A stretch of DNA of 64,000 nucleotides, from NCBI GenBank assembly GCA_964533775.1, contig CAZHNE010000001.1, positions 3,781-67,780 on the forward strand, read 5' to 3'. Below are positions 26,168 to 34,634 of this stretch, piece after piece. Below the pieces are notes generated by a model, which was not told where the DNA came from, did not search any database, and saw nothing but the letters and a program-made list of their open reading frames with translations. The stretch is from an uncultured Spirochaetaceae bacterium. GTDB lineage: Bacteria; Spirochaetota; Spirochaetia; Sphaerochaetales; Sphaerochaetaceae. Made by a program: the position numbers and the translations under genes. How positions within the stretch are numbered: the stretch's first letter is position 1; the number at the start of each line of letters is the position of its first letter.

Positions 26168-27429
26168 TATATTCTCCTGAACATATCAGCGATTTCGCCT
26201 CTACCTGTTCGTCTTACAGCAAAATAAGCTGTAATAATTGATACAACTATTCCCAAAATCATTATTAAAATTACTTGAGAATAAGAAACAAAAGCATACA
26301 TTATCATGCTAATCCTATAACCGATAGAATCAGAACTTTCCACAAATGGGGACAAATCAATTCCGTATGCCTGGAAATAAAGAGAAATGAGTACTCCAAA
26401 AATTGCCCCAAAAACAACTCCAATTACTCCAATAAGAGTTCCTTCAAGCGTAAAGAGTTTTCTAATAAACTTGTTTTCATACCCTAAAGTTTTTAGCATT
26501 GCAATTTCATTTTTTCTTTCACTTATTGCCATTAACATAGTATTGCTTATACCAACAACTGCTATAAAGAAGGTGAAAAATAAGAAAATGTTTGAAAACC
26601 CAGATTTGGAAGATTGCAGTTTTAAAATATCATCAGCAACTTCTTTCCATGAATATGCTTCTAAATCTAATGGTTTAACCAAAGCTTTAAGTTTTGTAGT
26701 TTCACTATCTGTAATAGATTTCACCTTTGCAATATTCATGCTATAAGCAAGGGAGAAATTTGTGACTGAGTTTTCTAATTCTAAATAATCATTTATTGTT
26801 GTTAAATCAAAGAAAATGGTTGAAGAGTTTACTACAGGATCACTTGTCGTAATAATACCAATTATTGGGATATCAAAAGCTTGAATAAACCCACCTTTTC
26901 CTTTTGTTTGGACAGTTAAATAATATCCAACCTCAGCTTTAATATCAGCGGCAAGGGAAGATCCAAGAACTACACCATCCCTATTAGGAGTTAACCAATC
27001 TCCAACAATTTCCGCTTCATCAAAGTTGTAAGCGCCATTTAGAGTGGTATCGATAGCTCTTAATTTAGTTGAGAAGGAGCCTGAAGCTGGGTATGGGTCT
27101 TCATAGAACATAATTTGAGCATGAGATATAAATTCTTTTGTATAATTATTATAGTTGTTATCTTCTAATAAGGACTCTAGGGCAATACCTTGATCTTCTG
27201 AGATTAAATAATCAATTGGTAAATATTCTCTATCTTCAAAATAACCTGGAGCATAAATTTTTGCACTAGAAGTATCATTCCAAATTAGATTTTTATCTGA
27301 ATCAAATTCTACTCCAGTGAGCAAGGATTTCATAAAAATAGAGAATATTACAGCAAGTCCAATTGCAAAAGCTGTTATAATTGTTCTTTTTCTATATCTT
27401 GCAATTCCTCTAAAAGCTAGTTTAAACAT
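26167..27429 (-). CDS. ABC transporter permease, FtsX/MacB/LolC-like
   Basis: Same architecture. ERKNEIAMLKTLGY motif. 1-nt overlap with the downstream permease and 13-nt overlap with the ATPase gene. Confidence 0.8.
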   Translation of the reverse strand: MFKLAFRGIARYRKRTIITAFAIGLAVIFSIFMKSLLTGVEFDSDKNLIWNDTSSAKIYAPGYFEDREYLPIDYLISEDQGIALESLLEDNNYNNYTKEFISHAQIMFYEDPYPASGSFSTKLRAIDTTLNGAYNFDEAEIVGDWLTPNRDGVVLGSSLAADIKAEVGYYLTVQTKGKGGFIQAFDIPIIGIITTSDPVVNSSTIFFDLTTINDYLELENSVTNFSLAYSMNIAKVKSITDSETTKLKALVKPLDLEAYSWKEVADDILKLQSSKSGFSNIFLFFTFFIAVVGISNTMLMAISERKNEIAMLKTLGYENKFIRKLFTLEGTLIGVIGVVFGAIFGVLISLYFQAYGIDLSPFVESSDSIGYRISMIMYAFVSYSQVILIMILGIVVSIITAYFAVRRTGRGEIADMFRRI

Positions 27430-28118
27430 AAGCGGCCATCCTCTAGCCTAATAATCCTACTTACATTATCTAAAACCAACTTGTCATGTGAAGAATAAAT
27501 ACACGTTAATCCTTTTTTATCGTTTAAAGCGGCTATTAATTCTAAAATATGTAAACTGTTTTTTCTATCTAGATTCGCTGTGGGTTCATCTGCAAGTAAA
27601 ACTTTGGGACTTTTAACAATAGCTCTTGCAATCGATATTCTTTGCTGCTGTCCTCCAGAGAGCTCATAGGGGCGTCTGTTTTCTAAATTATCTAAACCAA
27701 CATCTTTTAAAGCGGAATAACATAAATCTCTTTTATCGTTTTTAGTATTTACATTTAGTGCACTAAGTTGTTCTTTCGAAAGGCAATTTAAGGCTAATTC
27801 AACGTTTTCGCTAGCAGATAAAACTGGAATTAAATTATAAGATTGGAATATCATACCAATCATATTGCGTCTAATTTCTGTTTGGTCTTTTTTTGTTAAA
27901 GTAGAATATTTTACATTGTTTAATTCAATATCACCGCTGGTAATATTATCAAGGAGGCCAATTAAGTTGAGAAGTGTGGTTTTTCCACTCCCTGATGGAC
28001 CAGAGATAGCAAGCAATTCACCTTTGTTAATTTGGAGTGAAATATCAATTAAAGCATTAACGTCTTCACTAGGTGTTTTGTACACCTTTGATAAATTATA
28101 AGTTTTAATTAGCCCCAT
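27417..28118 (-). CDS. ABC transporter ATP-binding protein (LolD/MacB-type)
   Basis: Walker A GPSGSGKTT, signature LSGGQQQR, Walker B LLADEPT. Confidence 0.9.
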   Translation of the reverse strand: MGLIKTYNLSKVYKTPSEDVNALIDISLQINKGELLAISGPSGSGKTTLLNLIGLLDNITSGDIELNNVKYSTLTKKDQTEIRRNMIGMIFQSYNLIPVLSASENVELALNCLSKEQLSALNVNTKNDKRDLCYSALKDVGLDNLENRRPYELSGGQQQRISIARAIVKSPKVLLADEPTANLDRKNSLHILELIAALNDKKGLTCIYSSHDKLVLDNVSRIIRLEDGRLCLN

Positions 28119-28168
28119 TGTTTCTCCTCTTGTAGCTTCTTAAAGTATTTCAAAATTGTTATGTTTTA

Positions 28169-28197
28169 AACTTAAGAGCAAATCTTGCTCTTGTCAA
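28169..28197 (-). promoter_or_regulatory. Promoter of the Lol-like operon with a palindromic spacer
   Basis: Minus-strand read: TTGACA, then a 17-nt spacer AGAGCAAGATTTGCTCT (a perfect 7-3-7 palindrome), then TAAGTT. Confidence 0.45.
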
Positions 28198-28213
28198 TAA
28201 ATTATTTTAACAC

Positions 28214-28249
28214 AAAAAAGGTTAGTCAATTATTAATAAAAGACTAACC
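28214..28249 (-). terminator. Rho-independent terminator after dpaL
   Basis: Minus-strand read: GGTTAGTC, 14-nt loop, GACTAACC, then TTTTTT. Confidence 0.7.
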
Positions 28250-28278
28250 TATAAATATATACTATTTAAAACTGCTTA

Positions 28279-29523
28279 TTACTTTTGTGTTAAGTATTCT
28301 TCAGGTACATGATTCGCACCATCCCAAACTATTTGTCTAAAGCTAATTGGGTCAGTATCCCCTTCAGTATTAATAAATAAAACATTGCTGCTTTCATCAA
28401 GAGCTAAGAAGTCTTTTAATTCTTTATTTCCATCTAAAGAAAGCAATTGATATAAAGCACCTAAAGTTACAGCACCACTTTCGCCACTTATAACAGTTGG
28501 ATCACCTTCTAAAGGATTTGCCATAACTCTCATACCTCTTGCAGCTACATAATCTGGTACTTCCATAAATACGTCAGCGTATTGCTTTAGAATTTCCCAA
28601 GCTAGAGGAGAAGGTTCTCCACAAGCAAGACCTGCCATGATAGTAGATAAGGATCCACCAACAGTGTGAGGCTCTCCATCATCAGCTTTAGCACTTACGA
28701 AAATACAACCAGCTTTATCGGGTTCTACTACAACAAACTTTGGTGTATCTACACCATCACAAATAGCAGTATAGAAACCTATTACAGCTGCTGCCAAAGC
28801 ACCAACTCCAGCTTGAACAAAAACGTGTGTTGGATATTTGATTCCTTTTTCGTTAAGTTGTTTTTGTGATTCTTGAAGCATTGTTGTATAGCCTTGCATA
28901 ATTCTGGTAGGAACTTTTGTATATCCATCCCAACTTGTATCACTAATTACTTCCCAACCATTCTTTCCAGCATCAACACTACATTGGCGAACAGCGTCAT
29001 CATAGTTACCTTTAACAACAGTAACCTTTGCTCCATACTCAGCAATAGCATCAATTCTAGGTTGACTTGTTTCTTCATGTACATAAATTTGACAATCATG
29101 TCCTAGCATTTGAGATGCCCATGCAACTCCTCTACCGTGGTTTCCGTCAGTAGCGCTTGCGAAAGTAATTTTACCAACTTTCTTTTTAATATCATCACTT
29201 GTTAAGTAATCAAATGAAAGTTGATCGTCTTTTAAGTTTAATAGATCTTGGAAATATTTAAATAGCGCAAAACTACCACCCATGACTTTGAAACTATTTA
29301 GTTCCATTCTTTCGCCTTCATTTTTAACAAAGATGCCGCCAACACCTAGCATTTTAGCTAAATTTGAATAGGCAGCAAGGCGAGTTACTTCATACCCTGG
29401 CATTTGGCTGTGAAGTCTAAGTGCTAACTTTGCAGCTTCCTCTGGAAACATTTCTTTAGCTTTTGATGGATTTTTGGTTTCATGTTTTTTTATAATCCAT
29501 GAAATATCTGATTCTTTATGCAT
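28279..29523 (-). CDS. dpaL: Diaminopropionate ammonia-lyase (PLP-dependent)
   Basis: Long stretches match E. coli YgeX/DpaL as I recall it (ATDGNHGRGVAWA..., GWEVISDTSWDGYTKVPTRIMQGY, MAGLACGEP, ISGESGAV). Confidence 0.85.
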   Translation of the reverse strand: MHKESDISWIIKKHETKNPSKAKEMFPEEAAKLALRLHSQMPGYEVTRLAAYSNLAKMLGVGGIFVKNEGERMELNSFKVMGGSFALFKYFQDLLNLKDDQLSFDYLTSDDIKKKVGKITFASATDGNHGRGVAWASQMLGHDCQIYVHEETSQPRIDAIAEYGAKVTVVKGNYDDAVRQCSVDAGKNGWEVISDTSWDGYTKVPTRIMQGYTTMLQESQKQLNEKGIKYPTHVFVQAGVGALAAAVIGFYTAICDGVDTPKFVVVEPDKAGCIFVSAKADDGEPHTVGGSLSTIMAGLACGEPSPLAWEILKQYADVFMEVPDYVAARGMRVMANPLEGDPTVISGESGAVTLGALYQLLSLDGNKELKDFLALDESSNVLFINTEGDTDPISFRQIVWDGANHVPEEYLTQK

Positions 29524-29716
29524 TCTCTTTTCTCCCTTATATAGAATTATTTAATAACCACAAGATATAAACAATTAAGCAACTTTTATAATGTGATTAA
29601 ACATCAATTTAAAAACTTAGGATAAGCAAAAAAGTTTGTTTAGTGGTACGAGTTTTGATTTTCTTATTCTAATAAATAAAATATAATTACAACTTTTTAA
29701 CTGTAATTCGATTGTC

Positions 29717-29745
29717 ATTATATCAAACAAAGCAACAACTTGCAA
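29717..29745 (-). promoter_or_regulatory. Promoter for dpaL with a leader of about 190 nt
   Basis: Minus-strand read: TTGCAA, 17 nt, TATAAT. Confidence 0.5.
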
Positions 29746-29798
29746 CAAATTTAATCCCTTAAAAGTTGAACAAACATATATTTTTAAAAGAGGAGTCT

Positions 29799-31058
29799 TC
29801 ATTGTTTTAAGAGCAGGGAGATTTTACCTTTTCCTATTTTTCTAACTGCTATATAAGCAGAGAAGACTGAAACTGCGATGCCAAAAAAGGCTATTAATAA
29901 TATATCAGGTAGCGATATAAATGTATGTATAACAGCATTTATCCTATAACCAATTGAATCAGTATCAGAAAAAAATAAGGAGAAATCTAAACCAGCAATT
30001 TGAAAATACAATGATAACAGAAGACCAATAATTGACCCAATAACAACACCAATAAAGCCTATTATTGCTCCTTCCAATGTAAAAAGAGCTTTTATATAGT
30101 TGTTGTTGTACCCTAAGGCTTTTAACATACCTATTTCTTTTTGTCTTTCACTAATTGTCATTAGCATAGTATTACTTATACCTACAATTGCAATAACAAA
30201 GGTAAAGAATAGAAACAGATATGTGGCGCTTGTCTCTGCAGCTAATAAATCTGCTATTTCCTTTTCAACTTCCCTCCAGGAGTAAGCCTCTAGTTCTAAG
30301 GGGTTTACTAATGAGGATAGAACTTCAGTTTTATCTTCTGTTATAGCTTCTAGTTTTGGTATGTTCATTGTATAAGAGACTGCATAGCTAGTTGCTGAAC
30401 CATCAAGTTCGAGATAATAGTCTATTGTTTTTAAGTCAAAAAATATTGTGTTCGAATCAACAACTGGATCATTAGTTGTAATAATTCCTATAATAGGAAT
30501 ATCAAAAGCTTGAATAAAACCACCTTTGCCTTTTGTTTGAACAGTTATGAAATATCCCACTTTTGCACCAATATCATCTGCCAGTTTTGCACCAAGTACA
30601 GCTCCTTCAACTCCCCTTGATAACCATTGACCCTCGACAGTTGCATCACTAAAGTTATATGCATTTGAATGTGAACTATCTATTGCCTTTAACTGAGTTG
30701 TTAAAGAGCCTGTAGTTGGAAAAGGATCTTCATAAAACATTATTTGACTAAATGATATAAACTCTTTTGTATAATCTTTAAAATCATTGTTTTCTAAAAT
30801 TGATTGGAGTTTAACACCAGTTTCATAGGGAATTAAATTATCTATTGGTAAATATTCTTTATTTGAAAAATATCCAGTAGAGTAAATTTTTGCACTTGAT
30901 GTATCGTTCCAAACTAAGTTTTTGTTAGAATCTAAATGCATGCCACTTAAGAGGGTTTGCATAAAAATAGAAAATATAATTGCAATTGATATTGCAAAAG
31001 CTGTTATTGTAGTTCTTTTTTTATATCTAAAAACACCTCTAAATGCTATTTTTAACAA
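29799..31058 (-). CDS. Orphan FtsX/LolC-like ABC permease, paralogue of 26167-27429
   Basis: Collinear with the operon permease along its full length, with identical runs such as TVQTKGKGGFIQAFDIPIIGIITT. A TTG start at 31058 with GGGAG 8 nt upstream aligns with the MFKLAF start of the paralogue. Confidence 0.8.
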   Translation of the reverse strand: MLKIAFRGVFRYKKRTTITAFAISIAIIFSIFMQTLLSGMHLDSNKNLVWNDTSSAKIYSTGYFSNKEYLPIDNLIPYETGVKLQSILENNDFKDYTKEFISFSQIMFYEDPFPTTGSLTTQLKAIDSSHSNAYNFSDATVEGQWLSRGVEGAVLGAKLADDIGAKVGYFITVQTKGKGGFIQAFDIPIIGIITTNDPVVDSNTIFFDLKTIDYYLELDGSATSYAVSYTMNIPKLEAITEDKTEVLSSLVNPLELEAYSWREVEKEIADLLAAETSATYLFLFFTFVIAIVGISNTMLMTISERQKEIGMLKALGYNNNYIKALFTLEGAIIGFIGVVIGSIIGLLLSLYFQIAGLDFSLFFSDTDSIGYRINAVIHTFISLPDILLIAFFGIAVSVFSAYIAVRKIGKGKISLLLKQ

Positions 31059-31228
31059 TTTTGATTCTCCCTTCAATAATTTTGTTTTTCATTTTTAGTA
31101 TAAGGCTTAATCACAACAGCACAACAAAAAAAGAAGAATATTGGTGTAGGTTAATTAAATATTTGGTATACGTTTATATTTTTTTTACTTATACTTAACT
31201 TAGTATCTTGTTTAAAAAAGAGGTTTAT

Positions 31229-31921
31229 ATGGTATTTCACGGATTAGTTAAATCAACACTGATAGATTATCCAGATAAGTTAGCTTGTACTTTGTTTACT
31301 GGGGGGTGTAATTTTAGATGCCCATTTTGTCAAAACTCTTCTTTGGTTTTAGATCCGGCAAGTGAACCTGTTATCAACTCTGAAGAGTTAGACTCTTTCT
31401 TAAAAAAACGTAAAAAGTATTTAGACGGAGTCTGTATTACTGGAGGAGAACCTCTATTACAAAAAGATATTGAAGAGTATTGTAAATATTTAAAAGATTT
31501 AGGATATTTAGTAAAAATAGATACTAATGGATCTTTTCCCCAAAAAATAGAATCTTTAATATCAAAAAATCTTGTTGACTATATAGCTATGGATTTAAAG
31601 AGTAGTAAGGAAGGATATTCTAAAGCTGTTGGAATAGAGAATTTTGATGTCTCGGTTATTGAAGAGAGTGTAAACATTTTACAATCTTGTGATATAGATC
31701 ATGAGTTTAGAACAACTTTAGTTAAAGAATTACACAGTGAAAAAGAAATTCACGGTATAGGAAAATGGCTAAACAAAGATCAGAAACTATATCTTCAACA
31801 TTTTGAAGATAGGGGATCTAATATAGTACAAAACCTTACTGGTTTTAGTGAAAAAGAGACTAAAGCTATTAAAGATATATTAAAAACCTATATAGCTTTT
31901 ATTGGTATTCGAGGCTTTTAA
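31229..31921 (+). CDS. nrdG: Anaerobic ribonucleotide reductase activating protein (radical SAM)
   Basis: CNFRCPFCQN cluster motif and ITGGEPLLQ. AAAGAGG lies 5 nt before the ATG at 31229. Confidence 0.85.
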   Translation: MVFHGLVKSTLIDYPDKLACTLFTGGCNFRCPFCQNSSLVLDPASEPVINSEELDSFLKKRKKYLDGVCITGGEPLLQKDIEEYCKYLKDLGYLVKIDTNGSFPQKIESLISKNLVDYIAMDLKSSKEGYSKAVGIENFDVSVIEESVNILQSCDIDHEFRTTLVKELHSEKEIHGIGKWLNKDQKLYLQHFEDRGSNIVQNLTGFSEKETKAIKDILKTYIAFIGIRGF

Positions 31922-31933
31922 ATAATCGGTAAA

Positions 31934-31980
31934 ACTCTATCTATAGCGTGTTGAAAATTATTCACCATTACATATTGTGT
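31934..31980 (+). promoter_or_regulatory. Two tandem NrdR-box-like sites overlapping a putative nrdD promoter
   Basis: ACTCTATCTATAGCGT (31934-31949) and CCATTACATATTGTGT (31965-31980) match the acaCwAtATaTwGtgt palindrome at about 13/16 and 12/16 positions. Their starts are 31 bp apart. TTGAAA (31951) and TATTGT (31973) lie between and within them. Confidence 0.45.
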
Positions 31981-32039
31981 ATTCTAAGTAAGTGTGTTAT
32001 TCTTGAATTTAGTGTTAATAGCATTAAGAAAAAGAATGG

Positions 32040-34415
32040 ATGGTAGTTATGTATAAAGTAGCCAAAAGAGATGGAAGTGTTGTAAATTTTGATATAAATA
32101 GAATTTCACATGCTATAGAGAAGGCTTTTCGCGCCTCAGGAAGAAAGTATAATTCAAGTGTTATCGATTTATTAGCTTTAAGAGCAACTTCTAACTTTGA
32201 AGATAAAATTGCTGATGATTTGATTTCAGTTGAAGATATTCAAGACTCAGTTGAAGAGATTTTACAAATTTCAGGATATTCTGATGTTGCAAAATCATAT
32301 ATATTATATAGAAAACAAAGAGAAAAAATCAGAAACATGAAATCAACAATTGTTGATTATAAAGATGTTGTTGATGGCTATTTAAGATTAAATGACTGGA
32401 GAGTTAAAGAAAACTCTACAGTTACATATTCTGTTGGAGGATTAATTCTTTCTAACAGTGGTGCTATAACAGCAAACTATTGGTTATCTGAAATTTACGA
32501 TGAAGAAATTGGTAATGCTCATAGAAATGCTGATTTTCATATTCATGACTTATCTATGCTAACTGGTTATTGCGCAGGTTGGTCTTTAGATCAACTTATT
32601 AAAGAAGGGCTTGGTGGTATTGCAGGAAAAATAACAAGTAAACCAGCTAAGCACTTATCTTCATTGTGTAACCAAATGGTTAACTTTTTAGGAATACTCC
32701 AAAACGAATGGGCTGGAGCTCAAGCGTTCTCCTCTTTCGACACATATTTAGCTCCTTTTGTTAAAGCTGATAATTTATCATATAAAGAAGTTAAACAAAG
32801 TATTGAATCCTTTATTTTTGGTGTAAACACCCCATCACGCTGGGGAACACAAGCTCCTTTCTCAAATATTACTTTAGACTGGACAGTACCAGCTGACTTA
32901 GCAGAATTACCAGCTATCGTCGGTGGCAAAGAGATGGACTTTACTTATAAAGATTGCCAAAAAGAAATGGATATGATTAATAAAGCTTTTATTGAAGTCT
33001 TTATTGCAGGAGATGCTGATGGTCGTGGTTTCCAATATCCTATTCCAACTTATTCTATTACTAAAGATTTTGACTGGTCAGAGACAGAAAACAATAAACT
33101 ATTGTTTGAAATGACTGCAAAATATGGAACACCTTACTTCTCAAACTATGTAAACAGCGATATGGAACCAAGTGATGTAAGATCCATGTGTTGTAGACTA
33201 CGTCTTGACTTAAGAGAATTAAGAAAGAAGAGTGGTGGTTTCTTTGGTAGTGGTGAATCTACCGGTAGTATAGGTGTAGTAACAATTAACTTGCCAAGAA
33301 TAGGCTATACAGCAAAAACAGAAATTGAGTTTTATGAAAAATTAGATCACTTAATGGATGTTGCTGCAAGAAGCTTAAAAATTAAGAGAAATATTGTTTC
33401 TAAATTATTAGAAGAAGGCCTTTATCCTTATACAAAGAGATACCTTGGAACTTTCGATAATCACTTTTCAACTATAGGTTTAGTTGGTATGAATGAAGCT
33501 TGCTTAAATGCAAACTGGATTGGAGATTCCATTTCCAGTCCAAAAGGCGAAAAGTTTGCTAAAGATGTATTAAACTATATGAGAAACCGTTTATCTGATT
33601 ATCAAGAAGAGTATGGTGATTTATACAATTTAGAAGCAACTCCAGCTGAAAGTACTTCTTACCGTTTAGCTCTCCATGATAAAAAGCATTATCCTAGCAT
33701 CATAACAGCAAGTGAAGATGATAATAGACCTTACTATACAAACAGTACACATTTAGCTGTAGATTATACATCAGATGTATTTGAAGCTTTAGAGCACCAA
33801 GATAAGTTGCAAACCCTTTATACATCCGGGACAGTTTTCCATTCTTTCTTAGGTGAAAAACTTTCTTCCTGGAAAGAAGCAGCTGTAATGGTTAAGAAAG
33901 TAGCTGAAAACTTTAAGCTCCCTTATTTTACATTAAGCCCTACATATTCTATTTGTCCTGAACATGGATACCTTGCAGGTGAGCACTTTAAGTGCCCAAC
34001 ATGTGGTGGAGATGCAGAAGTTTATAGTAGAATAACAGGTTATTATAGACCAGTACAAAACTGGAACATAGGAAAAAGCAAAGAGTTTGAAGTAAGAAAA
34101 GAGTATAATTTCAAAACAAGTAAGTTAGTTTCAGAGCACAAAGATTCTAAGAAGAGTGAAGAAGTTATTCATACAAACAAAGAAGATGGTATAATGCTTT
34201 TTACAACTGAAACTTGCCCTAATTGCAGAATTGTTAAAAGATTTTTAGAAGAAGCAAATATTGTTTACAAAGAAATTGATGCAACAAAAAATGTTGAATT
34301 AGCAAAAGAATTAGGTATAATGCAGGCTCCTACATTGGTCTCTATAACTAATGGTGAGGTAAGCACTTATGCTAATCCTTCCACAATAAAATCTTTCTGT
34401 GAAAAGAGAGCTTAA
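32040..34415 (+). CDS. nrdD: Anaerobic ribonucleoside-triphosphate reductase (class III) with a C-terminal glutaredoxin/NrdH-like domain
   Basis: ATP-cone N-terminus. Zn ribbon CPEHG..CPTCG. Glycyl-radical motif SRITGYYR (Gly codon at 34038-34040). After a linker of about 45 aa there is a thioredoxin-fold segment with CPNC. The start may be the ATG at 32049. Confidence 0.9.
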   Translation: MVVMYKVAKRDGSVVNFDINRISHAIEKAFRASGRKYNSSVIDLLALRATSNFEDKIADDLISVEDIQDSVEEILQISGYSDVAKSYILYRKQREKIRNMKSTIVDYKDVVDGYLRLNDWRVKENSTVTYSVGGLILSNSGAITANYWLSEIYDEEIGNAHRNADFHIHDLSMLTGYCAGWSLDQLIKEGLGGIAGKITSKPAKHLSSLCNQMVNFLGILQNEWAGAQAFSSFDTYLAPFVKADNLSYKEVKQSIESFIFGVNTPSRWGTQAPFSNITLDWTVPADLAELPAIVGGKEMDFTYKDCQKEMDMINKAFIEVFIAGDADGRGFQYPIPTYSITKDFDWSETENNKLLFEMTAKYGTPYFSNYVNSDMEPSDVRSMCCRLRLDLRELRKKSGGFFGSGESTGSIGVVTINLPRIGYTAKTEIEFYEKLDHLMDVAARSLKIKRNIVSKLLEEGLYPYTKRYLGTFDNHFSTIGLVGMNEACLNANWIGDSISSPKGEKFAKDVLNYMRNRLSDYQEEYGDLYNLEATPAESTSYRLALHDKKHYPSIITASEDDNRPYYTNSTHLAVDYTSDVFEALEHQDKLQTLYTSGTVFHSFLGEKLSSWKEAAVMVKKVAENFKLPYFTLSPTYSICPEHGYLAGEHFKCPTCGGDAEVYSRITGYYRPVQNWNIGKSKEFEVRKEYNFKTSKLVSEHKDSKKSEEVIHTNKEDGIMLFTTETCPNCRIVKRFLEEANIVYKEIDATKNVELAKELGIMQAPTLVSITNGEVSTYANPSTIKSFCEKRA

Positions 34416-34462
34416 TAAATAGTTAGTTTAGTATGGAAAGTTTGAATTTAATGAAATTTATC

Positions 34463-34491
34463 TTGCCATATTTAAAATGATGTCTTATTAT
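34463..34491 (+). promoter_or_regulatory. Candidate promoter inside the nrdD-aspartokinase spacer
   Basis: TTGCCA, 17 nt, TATTAT. Confidence 0.4.
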
Positions 34492-34599
34492 GAAAGAACT
34501 AAAGATTATGTCTTTGTGTTTCATAATGAAACAAAACATGGAATCTATAAGTTTTGCTTATAGAAAAGTTAGGTCTCCAAATAGTTAACATATTCCATT

Positions 34600-34634
34600 G
34601 GGGAGAGTTTAGAGGACTCTCCCCTTATCTTTTT
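34600..34634 (+). terminator. Intrinsic terminator/attenuator about 70 nt upstream of the aspartokinase start
   Basis: GGGGAGAGT, 7-nt loop, ACTCTCCCC, then a TTATCTTTTT tail. Confidence 0.65.

Noticed and set aside
29617-29802. 61-aa ORF between the orphan permease and dpaL
   Set aside because: It spans the predicted dpaL promoter and leader and has no RBS and no recognisable similarity.
26167-31058. Permease duplication produced by a transposon or other mobile element
   Set aside because: No transposase, integrase, terminal inverted repeats or target-site duplications are visible. The copies are strongly diverged, which indicates an old duplication.
31077-31228. NrdR boxes upstream of nrdG
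   Set aside because: The best candidate (around AAGAATATTGGTGT) is one base short of the palindrome and has no partner box at spacing of about 31 bp.
34188-34415. A separate nrdH/glutaredoxin gene starting at the internal ATG at 34194
   Set aside because: There is no stop codon between the NrdD glycyl-radical region and this segment, and no RBS precedes the ATG. As sequenced it is a fusion.
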